A stretch of DNA of 64,000 nt from Bacteroidaceae bacterium (lineage in GTDB: Bacteria; Bacteroidota; Bacteroidia; Bacteroidales; Bacteroidaceae): contig JAFZWM010000054.1 in assembly GCA_017617315.1 (NCBI GenBank), positions 1 to 64,000 on the forward strand, given 5' to 3'. Positions 29,080 to 39,396 of the stretch are shown here, piece after piece. The translations under genes and the position numbers were made by a program. The first letter of the stretch is position 1. Each line of letters starts with the position of its first letter. The notes under the pieces were generated by a model. The model had not been told where the DNA came from, did no database searches, and saw nothing but the letters and a program-made list of their open reading frames with translations.

Positions 29080-30468
29080 TTATTCTTCTGTTTCAGCCTC
29101 GTTGTCGCCTTCCTTTTTCTCGGCTTTCTTTGCCAGATACTCAGGAAGTGCAAGACCTGCCTGGTCGAAGAGTTCGTTGAGCGGCGGAACGCTCTTCATC
29201 AGTCCTGAAAGGAAGTTGGCTGTACTGCCCTTTCCGTCGGCACCCTGACCGCTGTCCCAAACAGTAACGTGGTCGATGTTGATGCCCTTGACAGCCTCAA
29301 CCTGAGTCTTGACAAGTTCAGGAAGTTTCTCGAGCAACAGAAGCATGTAAGCCTTGTTGGCGTCTCCGCCGGCAGCCTGAACCATCTTGTCGTAACCGGC
29401 AGCCTGACGGCTAAGAATCTCGAAGAGACCGCGAGCCTCGGCCTCCATCTTTGCGTATGCTGCGTCAGCCTCACCCTTTGCGCTTACGCGAATCTTCTCG
29501 GCCTCGGCCTCAGCCTCGATGATGCGGCGTTTCTTCTCGATTTCCTGACTTACAAGCACGTTGGCGCTCTGAGTTGCACGCTCGCGCTCGGCACGAGCCT
29601 CCTCGGCAGCCTTCTCGGCTGAGTAAGCCTCTTCGAGAGCCTTTGCCTGAGCCACCTTCTCGGCAGCTGTTGCCTTACGGTGAGCCTCAGCCTCACGCTC
29701 GCGGCGGTCGGCCTCTGAGTTTGCAATCTGAACCTTTGCCTCATTCTCACCCTTTACGGCCTGAGCGTTTGCCTCGGCTGTTCTTACACGGGTTTCGCGG
29801 TTTGCCTCGGCCTTACCAATCTCACCAATCTTCTCCTGCTCGGCTACGCGAACCTTTGCCTCGTTTATGGCCTTGGCTGCTGCCTCCTGACCGAGAGCCT
29901 CGATATATCCAGACTCGTCGTTGATATCGGTTACGTTTACGTTGATAAGACGAAGACCGATTTTCTTCAACTCGCCCTCGACGTTGCTCGAAATTGCCTC
30001 AAGGAATTTGTCGCGGTCGCTGTTAAGCTCCTCGATACTCATCGTTGCGATTACAAGACGAAGCTGTCCGAAGAGGATATCGCGTGCAAGTTCCTGAATC
30101 TGAGTTGCGCTAAGTCCGAGAAGACGCTCGGCTGCGGCATTCATACACTCGGTATCGGTAGAAATTGCCACGGTAAAGCGGCATGGCACATCTACACGGA
30201 TGTTCTGGCGCGAAAGCGCGTTGGTAAGGTTGGCATCGATGCTGATTGGAGTAAGCGAAAGATACGCATAATCCTCAACGATAGGCCACACGAAAGCACC
30301 ACCTCCGTGTACGCACTTTGCCGACTTCTTCTCGCGAGATGAACTGCCTCCGTAGATTACCAGAATCTTGTCTGACGGACAACGGCGATAGCGGTTCACG
30401 ATAGCCACAACGAGTATGATGAACACAACCGCTGCGGCAATAATAACATAGGACATTCCCTCAATCAT
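29080..30468 (-). CDS. flotillin / SPFH-domain (band 7) protein
   Basis: N-terminal TM helix, SPFH domain, long Ala/Glu-rich coiled coil (EAEAHRKATAAEKVAQAKALEEAYSAEKAAEEARAERE...). YqiK-like. Confidence 0.85.
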   Translation of the reverse strand: MIEGMSYVIIAAAVVFIILVVAIVNRYRRCPSDKILVIYGGSSSREKKSAKCVHGGGAFVWPIVEDYAYLSLTPISIDANLTNALSRQNIRVDVPCRFTVAISTDTECMNAAAERLLGLSATQIQELARDILFGQLRLVIATMSIEELNSDRDKFLEAISSNVEGELKKIGLRLINVNVTDINDESGYIEALGQEAAAKAINEAKVRVAEQEKIGEIGKAEANRETRVRTAEANAQAVKGENEAKVQIANSEADRREREAEAHRKATAAEKVAQAKALEEAYSAEKAAEEARAERERATQSANVLVSQEIEKKRRIIEAEAEAEKIRVSAKGEADAAYAKMEAEARGLFEILSRQAAGYDKMVQAAGGDANKAYMLLLLEKLPELVKTQVEAVKGINIDHVTVWDSGQGADGKGSTANFLSGLMKSVPPLNELFDQAGLALPEYLAKKAEKKEGDNEAETEE

Positions 30469-30514
30469 AATTATTAGTTTGTTTTAGTTATAAAATGTTT
30501 TTCCTGATAACGCA

Positions 30515-31096
30515 TTAAAGTTCCTCTACGAGCAGAGTCTTGCTGTCGATAACCTCGACAACCTTTATACGCTTGCCCGACGCGATTTCTCCACCCCTGG
30601 TTATGGCCGGATACTCAAATATCGAGCCGCCGAGGCTTATCTGCACCTTGCCCGCGCCCTTTGCCTCTGCCGGAATGCGAAGATACACATCGGCTTCCTT
30701 ACCCAGAGCATCGTTTATATCCACCGCGCCGTTATACTCGAGTTTCTTCAGTTTTCGGCGAAGAAAGATGTACATGTAGCCGAAAGCCACTCCGACGGCT
30801 ATCGCTATGAGATAGACCGCAAATTCGGAATGGATGCTCTTGTAAAAGCCGATGCCAGCCCATCCGAAGCCCACAAAGAAGTTTACAAGACTGCGGATTG
30901 AGAAGAGGCTCAAGCCGCCGCCGGCATCCATTGTGTCGCCGTCGAAATCGGCCCCCATGTCGATGTCTGCCGAATCCAATCCGATGATTGTAAGAACAGC
31001 CTGCAACGCAAAGACAGCCGAGCCTACAATGGCACAGCCCCAAAATATCTGGAGATTCGCGTCCAGAGAAAAGTACCAATTAGAAAATTCGCTCAT
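30515..31096 (-). CDS. NfeD/YqiJ-like membrane protein paired with flotillin
   Basis: 193 aa. N-terminal TM helices, acidic DxD-rich loop (DIDMGADFDGDTMDAGG), C-terminal OB-fold-like segment. Sits immediately downstream of the flotillin gene, as in yqiJK-type pairs. Confidence 0.7.
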   Translation of the reverse strand: MSEFSNWYFSLDANLQIFWGCAIVGSAVFALQAVLTIIGLDSADIDMGADFDGDTMDAGGGLSLFSIRSLVNFFVGFGWAGIGFYKSIHSEFAVYLIAIAVGVAFGYMYIFLRRKLKKLEYNGAVDINDALGKEADVYLRIPAEAKGAGKVQISLGGSIFEYPAITRGGEIASGKRIKVVEVIDSKTLLVEEL

Positions 31097-31293
31097 TTAT
31101 TAGATTTTTTATGATTACACGAGTTTATCGCAACAAATATAACATCTATTTTTCAAATAATTATGCAGAATAGACCAAAACTTTGCGGCTTTTCTCCATT
31201 AGGAATAAAGAAAAACCGCCTCCGGAGAAAAATCCGAAAGCGGTTGTATCTTATGTTTTGCAAAAAGCTGTCTTTGCCGAATTTGGCAAACTG

Positions 31294-32658
31294 TTACCAG
31301 CTCAAACCAAAGAAATGAAGAATATCGTTTGAGATGGCAAGCAGCATAAGTGCCAAAAGAAGAATCATTCCCACCATCTGCGCTCTCTCGAGGAACTTCT
31401 CGCTTGGCTTGCGACGGGTGATAATCTCGTAGAGCAAGAATAACACATGACCGCCGTCGAGCGCAGGAATAGGCAAAATGTTCATGAACGCAAGAATGAT
31501 GCTAAGGAATGCCGTTAGCAGCCAGAATGCGTGCCAGTTCCATGTTGCCGGGAACATGCTTCCGATAGCTCCGAAGCTGCCTACATTCTTTGCGCCCTCT
31601 TTCGAGAACACATATCTCATGTCGCTCACATAGCCCTTCAGAGTGTTCATACCGTATGCAATTCCGGCAGGGAACGACTCGAAAAAGCCATACTCAACAT
31701 GAGTTGCATCATAATAATATTTTGGATAGAATCCTGCGACGAATTTCTCTGTCAATGTTATGTTCAGAGTATCGGTCTGTGCGCCACGCTGCGTAACCAT
31801 CACCACCTTGCGCAACTTCAGACTGTCGGCATGCGAACATCCAACAGCCTTATCCTGAAGACGAGTTTTCTCGTTAACAATATCGTTGTAGCTGTTTACA
31901 GCCTTGCCGTTTAATGCTATTATGCGGTCGCCAACCTTTACACCGGCCTTGGCGATAGGACTGCCAGCCTCAACAGAATCTACTACATTTGGCAGAATCG
32001 GAGTCAGGAACACAGGGTCTTCCTTCAGCATCGTGATAAGGCTGATTTTCTCGGCAGGCATGTCGATGTTCACTTCCTTGCCGTTGCGCAGCACCGTAAC
32101 CACCTTGGCATCGGCAATATCACGATACACGTCTACGCCGAATTTATCAAACACCTTGGCATCGGCACGGACAGGGAGGTCGCCGTCGCGGAAGCCAATC
32201 TCCTTGGCTGTCTGGTTGTAGGCCATACCCATTTTCATGTCGCGTACGCTATAGTAGCTGTCGCCCCATGCAAAAAGCACCATCGAATAGATGAAGATGG
32301 CGAGCAGGAAGTTAACAAGCACGCCGCCAATCATAACCAGCAATCGCTGATAGGCAGGCTTTGAGCGGAACTCCCAAGGTTGCTCGGGCTGTTGCATCTG
32401 CTCCTTGTCCATCGACTCGTCTATCATTCCGGCAATCTTTACATATCCTCCAAACGGAAGCCATCCGATGCCGTACTCAGTATCGCTGTTCTTAGGCTTG
32501 AACTTGAACAGGTGAAACCAAGGATCGAAGAAGAGATAGAATTTCTCGACCCTTATCTTAAACAGTTTCGCGAAGAAGAAGTGTCCGCCCTCGTGCAGAA
32601 CCACAAGGATTGACAGCGAAAGAATAAGCTGTGCAGCTTTAATAAAAAAAGTCTCCAT
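31294..32658 (-). CDS. rseP: RIP zinc metalloprotease (site-2 protease, M50)
   Basis: HEGGHFFFAKLF (HExxH) in TM1, PDZ domain, C-terminal LDGG motif (PIPALDGGHVLF). Confidence 0.9.
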   Translation of the reverse strand: METFFIKAAQLILSLSILVVLHEGGHFFFAKLFKIRVEKFYLFFDPWFHLFKFKPKNSDTEYGIGWLPFGGYVKIAGMIDESMDKEQMQQPEQPWEFRSKPAYQRLLVMIGGVLVNFLLAIFIYSMVLFAWGDSYYSVRDMKMGMAYNQTAKEIGFRDGDLPVRADAKVFDKFGVDVYRDIADAKVVTVLRNGKEVNIDMPAEKISLITMLKEDPVFLTPILPNVVDSVEAGSPIAKAGVKVGDRIIALNGKAVNSYNDIVNEKTRLQDKAVGCSHADSLKLRKVVMVTQRGAQTDTLNITLTEKFVAGFYPKYYYDATHVEYGFFESFPAGIAYGMNTLKGYVSDMRYVFSKEGAKNVGSFGAIGSMFPATWNWHAFWLLTAFLSIILAFMNILPIPALDGGHVLFLLYEIITRRKPSEKFLERAQMVGMILLLALMLLAISNDILHFFGLSW

Positions 32659-32681
32659 TAAGAAATTTTTCAGATTTCGGT

Positions 32682-33830
32682 TTATAACATTTCGGTGGCT
32701 ATGCGTCGAGCCTCAGCATCGGTAGCCACATAGTCTTCATAAGTAGGTTTCTCGATGAACGATGCCTTCTGCATCGTCTCGGCTATGATGTCGCCGATTC
32801 TCAAGAATCCGATTTTGTCCTGACGGAATGCGAGGTTCACAATCTCGTTGGCGGCATTTACGATGCAAGGCATGTTTCCGCCCTTGTCCATCGCCTCGTA
32901 TGCCAAGGCAAGACAGCGGAACTTCTGCAAATCGGGCTTCTCGAATGTCATGCTTCCAAGCTTGAACAGGTCGAGACGGTCGAAATTCGCCTTTATTCTG
33001 TCGGGATAAGTAAGCGCGTACTGAATTGGCAGACGCATATCCGGCACGCCAAGCTGAGCCTTCACCGCTCCGTCCTCGAACTGAACGGCAGAGTGGATTA
33101 TAGATTCTGGATGAACCACAACCTCTATCTGCTCGGGCTTTACGCCGAACAGCCATTTAGCCTCGATTGCCTCGAAGCCTTTGTTCATCATCGTTGCCGA
33201 GTCGATGGTTATCTTTGCGCCCATCTCCCAGTTAGGATGCTTCAGAGCCTGCTCCTTTGTTACGGTTGCAAGCTGCTCGATACTGAACTTGCGGAACGGG
33301 CCTCCGCTGGCCGTGAGCAGAATCTTCTCGATGTTGTTTCCAACCTCGCCCACAATGCTCTGGAAGATTGCCGAATGCTCGGAATCAACAGGAAGAATTG
33401 CCACATTGTACTGCTGCGCCAGAGAGTTTATCAGCTCGCCTGCCACGACGAGAGTTTCCTTGTTGGCAAGGGCGATAGTCTTTCCGGCCTTTATTGCGCT
33501 GATGGTCGGAGGCAGTCCGGCAAAGCCGACCATGGCCGTAACAACCACGTCGATAGGCTTGGCCTCGACAATCTGACACAAGGCATCTGCACCTGTGTAC
33601 ACCTTCATTGGCAAGTCGGCAAGCGCCTCCTTAACCATATCGTATTTCTGTTCGTTGGCTATAACAACAACCTCTGGCTGAAACTTACGAGCCTGTTCAA
33701 TCAATTCTTCTGCCCTGTTGTTGGCAGTGATAGCATACACCTCAAACAAGTCGGGATTGTCTTCGACCACCTGCAATGTCTGTGTGCCGATAGAGCCTGT
33801 AGACCCTAAAATTGCTAATTGTTTTTTCAT
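32682..33830 (-). CDS. dxr: 1-deoxy-D-xylulose-5-phosphate reductoisomerase
   Basis: MKKQLAILGSTGSIGTQTL NADPH-binding start. Full-length Dxr match. Confidence 0.95.
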   Translation of the reverse strand: MKKQLAILGSTGSIGTQTLQVVEDNPDLFEVYAITANNRAEELIEQARKFQPEVVVIANEQKYDMVKEALADLPMKVYTGADALCQIVEAKPIDVVVTAMVGFAGLPPTISAIKAGKTIALANKETLVVAGELINSLAQQYNVAILPVDSEHSAIFQSIVGEVGNNIEKILLTASGGPFRKFSIEQLATVTKEQALKHPNWEMGAKITIDSATMMNKGFEAIEAKWLFGVKPEQIEVVVHPESIIHSAVQFEDGAVKAQLGVPDMRLPIQYALTYPDRIKANFDRLDLFKLGSMTFEKPDLQKFRCLALAYEAMDKGGNMPCIVNAANEIVNLAFRQDKIGFLRIGDIIAETMQKASFIEKPTYEDYVATDAEARRIATEML

Positions 33831-33838
33831 TTTCTCTG

Positions 33839-34363
33839 TTAGTCGTCCAAATTGAGCATACCTTCGGGCAAGTCTACCAGCATGGTACGCTCTTTCTGAT
33901 TCATATCCTTTATAAACTCTTCTTGTGCGGGCATCAGAACCTCGTTGCCGTCGTTTTCTATTATAAATAATGTATTTACCGTAGAGTTCTCAACATCGGC
34001 AATTGTTCCGATGAAGCCATGATTTACGTCGCTTACCTTGAATCCTACGAAATAGTTCCACGACAGCTCGCCCTCCTCGGCCTGTTCGGCCAGACTGAGA
34101 GGGAAATATACATCGTGCCCCACAATAGACTTTGCTTTTTGTTCGCTGTCCATATCCTCGAATATGAACAGAGCGTTCTCGCTGCTTGTGAAGCGGTATT
34201 CGTCAAAGAAGAACGGCACAAGAATTCCGTCCATGTCGAGCACCAGATAGTCGCACTCAACCCTGTCGAACACATCGTCGGTAAAGTTGAGCACCACTTC
34301 GCCCTTTATTCCATGCAGTTTGGTAATCTTGCCTATCTTGTAAACTTCTTCTTTTCTAATCAT
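33839..34363 (-). CDS. rimM: 16S rRNA processing protein RimM
   Basis: KIGKITKLHGIKGEVVL N-terminal RimM motif plus C-terminal PRC barrel. Confidence 0.85.
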   Translation of the reverse strand: MIRKEEVYKIGKITKLHGIKGEVVLNFTDDVFDRVECDYLVLDMDGILVPFFFDEYRFTSSENALFIFEDMDSEQKAKSIVGHDVYFPLSLAEQAEEGELSWNYFVGFKVSDVNHGFIGTIADVENSTVNTLFIIENDGNEVLMPAQEEFIKDMNQKERTMLVDLPEGMLNLDD

Positions 34364-34369
34364 ACCACC

Positions 34370-35686
34370 TTAATTTTCTCGTGTAATGTGAGCGCCAAGA
34401 GCCCTGAGTCTGTTCTCAATGTCCTCGTATCCGCGGTCAATCTGCTCAATGTTGCTTATGCGGCTTGTTCCGTCGGCACTAAGCGCAGCAATGAGCAGGG
34501 CGATTCCGGCACGGATGTCGGGACTTGCCATCTTTCCGCCACGCAGATGGATGCTGCGGTCGTGTCCTATCACAACGGCTCTGTGAGGGTCGCACAGAAT
34601 AATCTGGGCACCCATGTCGATGAGCTTGTCGACGAAGAAGAGTCGGCTCTCGAACATCTTCTGATGGAAGAGCACGCTTCCCTTTGCCTGAGTGGCTACG
34701 ACGAGCAGAACGCTTAGCAAATCGGGAGTGAGTCCCGGCCACGGAGCATCGGCAAGAGTCATTATCGAGCCGTCGATGAACGACTCAATCTCATAGTGTT
34801 CCATGCGAGGGATGAAAAGGTCGTCGCCCATTCGGTACACCTGCACGCCAAGACGGCTGAACACGCTTGGGATGTTGCCCAGCTTCTCGTACTTCACATT
34901 CTTTATTGTAACGCCATTTCCAACCATTGCCGCCATGCCTATGAATGAGCCAACCTCAATCATATCGGGCAGAATGTCGTGCTCTGTACCGTGCAACTCC
35001 TTCACACCTTCGATAACCAGAAGGTTTGAAGCAATTCCGCTGATTTTTGCACCCATCTGGTTGAGCATGTTGCACAACTGCTGGATGTAAGGCTCGCATG
35101 CGGCATTGTAGATGGTTGTCTTGCCCTCGGCCATGACGGCAGCCATAATGATGTTGGCCGTTCCGGTTACCGAAGCCTCGTCAAGAAGCATGTAGCATCC
35201 TTTCAGGTTGTCGCCTACGATGTCGTAAATGCCTCTGTCTGAATTATAATGAAACTCGGCACCCAAGTTCTGCATGCCGAGGAAATGCGTGTCAAGTCGT
35301 CTGCGTCCAATCTTGTCGCCGCCCGGCTTTGAAATGAGCGCGCGGCCGAATCGTGCCAGCATAGGGCCGAGCAGAAGGACGGAGCCACGCAGCGTGGAGC
35401 ATCTCTTCAGGAACTCGTCGCTCTCAAGATATTTCAGGTCTACGTTATCGGCCTGAAACGAATATGTATGACGGCCTTCCTGCACCACCTTCACTCCCAT
35501 ATCCTTGAGCAGAAGCAACAGGTTGTTTACGTCAAGAATATTCGGAATGTTGTGTATGGTAACCTTATCAGCAGTAAGCAATGTGGCACAGATAACCTCG
35601 AGTGCCTCATTCTTTGCGCCTTGCGGAACGATTGTTCCCTGCAGCTTATGTCCCCCCTCAATTACAAAAGTTCCCATACAGTTCAA
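34370..35686 (-). CDS. murA: UDP-N-acetylglucosamine 1-carboxyvinyltransferase
   Basis: 438 aa EPSP-synthase-fold. Catalytic Cys context and ...DRGYEDIENRLRALGA C-terminus. Confidence 0.95.
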   Translation of the reverse strand: MNCMGTFVIEGGHKLQGTIVPQGAKNEALEVICATLLTADKVTIHNIPNILDVNNLLLLLKDMGVKVVQEGRHTYSFQADNVDLKYLESDEFLKRCSTLRGSVLLLGPMLARFGRALISKPGGDKIGRRRLDTHFLGMQNLGAEFHYNSDRGIYDIVGDNLKGCYMLLDEASVTGTANIIMAAVMAEGKTTIYNAACEPYIQQLCNMLNQMGAKISGIASNLLVIEGVKELHGTEHDILPDMIEVGSFIGMAAMVGNGVTIKNVKYEKLGNIPSVFSRLGVQVYRMGDDLFIPRMEHYEIESFIDGSIMTLADAPWPGLTPDLLSVLLVVATQAKGSVLFHQKMFESRLFFVDKLIDMGAQIILCDPHRAVVIGHDRSIHLRGGKMASPDIRAGIALLIAALSADGTSRISNIEQIDRGYEDIENRLRALGAHITREN

Positions 35687-36301
35687 TTATTTACGTTTCT
35701 TTGCCTTCTTGGCCTTCATTCTGTTAGAGTCGCTGCGAGGGCCGTCGATGAGTACGTTGCCCAGACTTATGTTTTCTGGGTTGTAAGCCACCTTGCTGCC
35801 CAAGTAGCGGTTAAGGTCGTTGAGCACTCTTACATCGTTGAGCGTGTTGATGTTCCACTCTGCCAGGTTGCGCTTCATCTGACTTGCAATCAGGTTGATG
35901 TAGCGGTCGCGCTCCGGTCCTTCCGGAACGTCCTCAACATGGCGGAGAGCGCGCTCAACCAGCAGTCCGTAGTGGCGGAAATGAATGTTGCGCTGCGGAT
36001 AAGGCACGCGCGCCGGCTTCTGAAGCAAGTCGTCCTTCTTCACAATCTCGAACGGATAGTCGATATCCAATTTGAAGTCCGACATGATAGCCAGCTGGTC
36101 CCACAGCTTGCGCTTGTAGTCCTCCTGCTGGCGCAGTTCAGGGAACATGCTGTCCATCACCCTGATTATCGTTTCGGCGCATCTCTGTCGCTCGGCTTTG
36201 TCCTCGAGCGTGAGGGCATAGTCGACCATGCGCTGTATGCTTCTGCCGTATTCTGGAAGCGGAAGTCTTTTTCGCTGAGTATTGTATTCTATCTTGCTCA
36301 T
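35687..36301 (-). CDS. DUF4290 domain protein (Bacteroidota-specific, conserved downstream of murA)
   Basis: 204 aa, basic C-terminal tail. Conserved synteny with murA. Confidence 0.7.
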   Translation of the reverse strand: MSKIEYNTQRKRLPLPEYGRSIQRMVDYALTLEDKAERQRCAETIIRVMDSMFPELRQQEDYKRKLWDQLAIMSDFKLDIDYPFEIVKKDDLLQKPARVPYPQRNIHFRHYGLLVERALRHVEDVPEGPERDRYINLIASQMKRNLAEWNINTLNDVRVLNDLNRYLGSKVAYNPENISLGNVLIDGPRSDSNRMKAKKAKKRK

Positions 36302-36316
36302 ATTGTCATATTTATG

Positions 36317-37012
36317 TTAGAGAAGTTTTTTAGGCGTCGATGCCACGAACTCCTTCAGGTAGAAAGGCTCGAAGTATGCAACGTCCTTAAAGTCCTGCTT
36401 TGCCATTGCAAGTTCTGCCAATGGCTGCATATATTTGGCCAACGGCTTTATGCCATCGACAAAGTGTGCGTTCGGGTGTTTAATCTTGTCCTTGCACTTC
36501 TGCGAGCCGTTGCCGAAGAAGTAAACAGGCTGTTTGTCCAGAAACTCGGCGTATGAGTTCTCGTCCACGATGTCGGCCTGAATCTCGCGCACGGCATTCA
36601 GCGCCCTGTCATAGACGGCGGCATACACCTCCATTCGTCGGGCATCAATCATAGGACACAGCAAGGCATCTTCGGGCAGTTCCTCCTTCTCGTTAAGAAG
36701 CAGAGGCACGCACATCACCTTCAGCGTAGGTATGCCCAGCAGTTTCACGTCATTGGCATAGCACACGCCCTTTGCCATAGACACGCCTATGCGCAGTCCG
36801 GTATACGAGCCCGGTCCGCAGCTCACGGCAACAGCGTCGAGCGGAATGGCATGGTTTTCGGCAAACGAGAGCGCCCTGTCAACAAAAACGCCCAGCGTTA
36901 CATTATGGTTCGGGCCTTCGAAATCCTCTTCATGATAAATGCAATGACTATCTTCGCTTACTGCCACAGAACATACGTCTGTAGATGTCTCAATATGTAA
37001 AATACACGACAT
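36317..37012 (-). CDS. tsaB: tRNA threonylcarbamoyladenosine biosynthesis protein TsaB
   Basis: YeaZ-type ...SCGPGSYTGLRIGVSMAKG motif without the Kae1 metal site. Confidence 0.85.
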   Translation of the reverse strand: MSCILHIETSTDVCSVAVSEDSHCIYHEEDFEGPNHNVTLGVFVDRALSFAENHAIPLDAVAVSCGPGSYTGLRIGVSMAKGVCYANDVKLLGIPTLKVMCVPLLLNEKEELPEDALLCPMIDARRMEVYAAVYDRALNAVREIQADIVDENSYAEFLDKQPVYFFGNGSQKCKDKIKHPNAHFVDGIKPLAKYMQPLAELAMAKQDFKDVAYFEPFYLKEFVASTPKKLL

Positions 37013-37098
37013 TATTTTAAATCTTTACAATATAAAATGCAAAAATACATTTTCTTATGCAGAAAACTATTATTTTTGCAAAAAAATTAGTTTGAAAT

Positions 37099-37977
37099 AT
37101 GATACAATCAATGACTGGCTACGGTAAGGCAACCGCAGTCTTTGGAGAAAAGAAGATCAATGTCGAAATAAAATCATTAAACAGCAAGGCGCTCGACCTT
37201 TCAACGCGCATTGCCCCTCTCTATCGCGAGAAAGAGATGGAAATCAGAGCAATGATAAGCAGCGCGCTCGAACGCGGAAAGGTTGACTTCAGCCTGTGGA
37301 TTGAAAAGGACGACTCGCAGACAGCCGCACCTATCAACCAGACAATCCTGCTAAACTATTACAACCAGATTAAGGCAATAAGCGAGGAGAACAACATTCC
37401 ACTGCCTGCCGACTGGTTCTCTACCCTGCTCAGAATGCCCGACGTGCTGACAAAGGTGGAGGTGATTGAACTCTCGGAAGACGAGTGGATTGCCGTGCGC
37501 ACAGCCGTTGAACAGGCTATACACCAGCTCGTTGAGTTCCGCAAGCAGGAAGGAATGGCATTGCAGAAGAAATTCGAAGAGAAGATTTCAAACATAGGCG
37601 AACTGCTCAAGAGCATAGAGCCATACGAGAAGAACCGCACAGAAAAGATTCGCCAGAGACTGGTAGACAGTCTGTCGCAGATTCCCGACGTTGAGTACGA
37701 CAAGAACCGTCTGGAGCAGGAAATGATATACTACATCGAGAAGCTCGACATCAACGAGGAGAAGCAGCGTCTGGCCAACCACCTGAAATACTTCATCGAG
37801 ACAATGAACGAGAACAAGCAGGGACAGGGCAAGAAACTCGGCTTCATTGCACAGGAGATGGGACGCGAAATCAACACCACAGGCAGCAAGAGCAATCAGG
37901 CCGAGATGCAGAACATCGTGGTGAAGATGAAAGACGAGCTGGAGCAGATTAAGGAACAGGTTCTAAACGTGATGTAA
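37099..37977 (+). CDS. yicC: YicC/YloC family stress-induced protein
   Basis: MIQSMTGYGKA N-terminus. C-terminal DUF1732 region. Confidence 0.85.
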   Translation: MIQSMTGYGKATAVFGEKKINVEIKSLNSKALDLSTRIAPLYREKEMEIRAMISSALERGKVDFSLWIEKDDSQTAAPINQTILLNYYNQIKAISEENNIPLPADWFSTLLRMPDVLTKVEVIELSEDEWIAVRTAVEQAIHQLVEFRKQEGMALQKKFEEKISNIGELLKSIEPYEKNRTEKIRQRLVDSLSQIPDVEYDKNRLEQEMIYYIEKLDINEEKQRLANHLKYFIETMNENKQGQGKKLGFIAQEMGREINTTGSKSNQAEMQNIVVKMKDELEQIKEQVLNVM

Positions 37978-37979
37978 CG

Positions 37980-38546
37980 ATGGCTAAGGGCAAACTCATT
38001 ATATTCTCGGCTCCGAGCGGAAGCGGAAAGTCAACCATCATCAACTACCTGATGACACAGGGGCTTAACATGCACTTCTCAATCTCGGCAACAAGCCGCG
38101 CGCCAAGAGGCACAGAACAGAACGGAGTTGAATACTTCTTCCTCACCCCAGAGGAGTTCCGCACAAAGATTGACAACGACGAGTTTCTCGAATACGAGGA
38201 AGTCTACGCCAACCGCTTTTACGGCACGCTGAAGGCTCAGGTTGAAAAGCAACTCGAAGAGGGTCAGAACGTAGTGTTCGACGTTGATGTGAAAGGCGGC
38301 GTGAACATAAAGAAATTCTACGGCGAAAGAGCCCTTTCGGTCTTTATACAGCCACCATCTGTCGACGAGCTGCGCCGCCGCCTCGAAGGACGCGCAACCG
38401 ATGCTCCCGAGGTTATTAACGACCGCATAGCACGCGCCGAATACGAACTAAGCTTCGCCCCACAGTTCGACACCATCGTAGTGAACGACGACCTTGAGAC
38501 AGCCAAGGCCGAGGCACTTCAGAAAATAAAAGAATTCTTGGGATAA
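37980..38546 (+). CDS. gmk: guanylate kinase
   Basis: P-loop SAPSGSGKST. GMP-binding region. Confidence 0.95.
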   Translation: MAKGKLIIFSAPSGSGKSTIINYLMTQGLNMHFSISATSRAPRGTEQNGVEYFFLTPEEFRTKIDNDEFLEYEEVYANRFYGTLKAQVEKQLEEGQNVVFDVDVKGGVNIKKFYGERALSVFIQPPSVDELRRRLEGRATDAPEVINDRIARAEYELSFAPQFDTIVVNDDLETAKAEALQKIKEFLG

Positions 38547-39145
38547 TGAAAATAGCAATCTTCGGAGGCTCATTCAACCCTATACATGTTGGTCACATTC
38601 AGCTTGCCAAGGCGCTCTGCCAGCAAGCAGGATGTGACCAACTTTGGTTTCTGGTGAGTCCGCAGAATCCGTTCAAGCAGAGCAGTACCGACCTCATCGA
38701 CGAAGACACGCGCCTCGAAATGACTCGCATAGCCGTAGAGCACGAGCCAAACATCGAGGTGAGCGACTTTGAGTTCCATCTGCCGCGCCCTTCGTACATG
38801 GTAAACACTCTTGCTGCCATGCGCAAGGCCTATCCGCAGCATACCTTCGCCCTCGTAATCGGAGCCGACAACTGGGTTAAGTTCGACAAATGGTTCAAGA
38901 GCGACGAGATAATGAAGCATCACGAAGTGTGGGTATATCCACGTCCGGGATTCGACATCGAGCACGACGGCGACATCATTCGCAAGCCGTCAGACTATAT
39001 AAAAGGTGTAAAATTCATCGATACGCCGCTTTACCCTATATCGAGCAGCATGATAAGAGATGCCATCAGTAACGGGGCAGACTACTCGCAATGGGTTACA
39101 GAAAACGTTCATCAGTTTATAGAAGAGAAAAAGCTGTACAGATAA
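38546..39145 (+). CDS. nadD: nicotinate-nucleotide adenylyltransferase
   Basis: GGSFNPIHVGH (H/T-x-G-H) nucleotidyltransferase motif. ATG overlaps the gmk stop. Confidence 0.9.
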   Translation: MKIAIFGGSFNPIHVGHIQLAKALCQQAGCDQLWFLVSPQNPFKQSSTDLIDEDTRLEMTRIAVEHEPNIEVSDFEFHLPRPSYMVNTLAAMRKAYPQHTFALVIGADNWVKFDKWFKSDEIMKHHEVWVYPRPGFDIEHDGDIIRKPSDYIKGVKFIDTPLYPISSSMIRDAISNGADYSQWVTENVHQFIEEKKLYR

Positions 39146-39261
39146 CGCTTAATTTTGCTTAAAATATGTTTTAAAGCATGGTTTTGATTGATATTTATCA
39201 ATAAAATCGATATTTTATGCTAAAAAACATAATTTTATAATTGTTTTATTTAAATTCGTTG

Positions 39262-39269
39262 TATCTTTG
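39262..39269 (+). promoter_or_regulatory. -7 box (TAtcTTTG) of the small-secreted-protein paralogue A, with a conserved TTGAT-N4-ATCAA palindrome about 70 bp upstream (39185-39198)
   Basis: The block cgt(t/c)gtatctttgcattgtcaaacaga and the upstream palindrome are both repeated in front of paralogue B (44001-44008; palindrome at about 43925). Confidence 0.5.
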
Positions 39270-39396
39270 CATTGTCAAACAGAAGGAAAGGGGATTTAAA
39301 AACAAAGAATCAAACCAACAATCTCCGACAAAATTCTGGAGACAACCAAAAGTGAATAATAAAACGGATAAAGATAACAATTAAATTTTAAGTAAG

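Noticed and set aside
29080-31096. Flotillin plus NfeD pair as a novel system
   Set aside because: This is the well-known yqiJK-type SPFH/NfeD operon, conserved in a housekeeping context next to rseP and dxr.
33093-33809. 238-aa plus-strand ORF and other ORFs within 32737-33579
   Set aside because: Antisense to or out of frame with dxr.
35468-36556. 362-aa plus-strand ORF
   Set aside because: Antisense to murA, the DUF4290 gene and tsaB.
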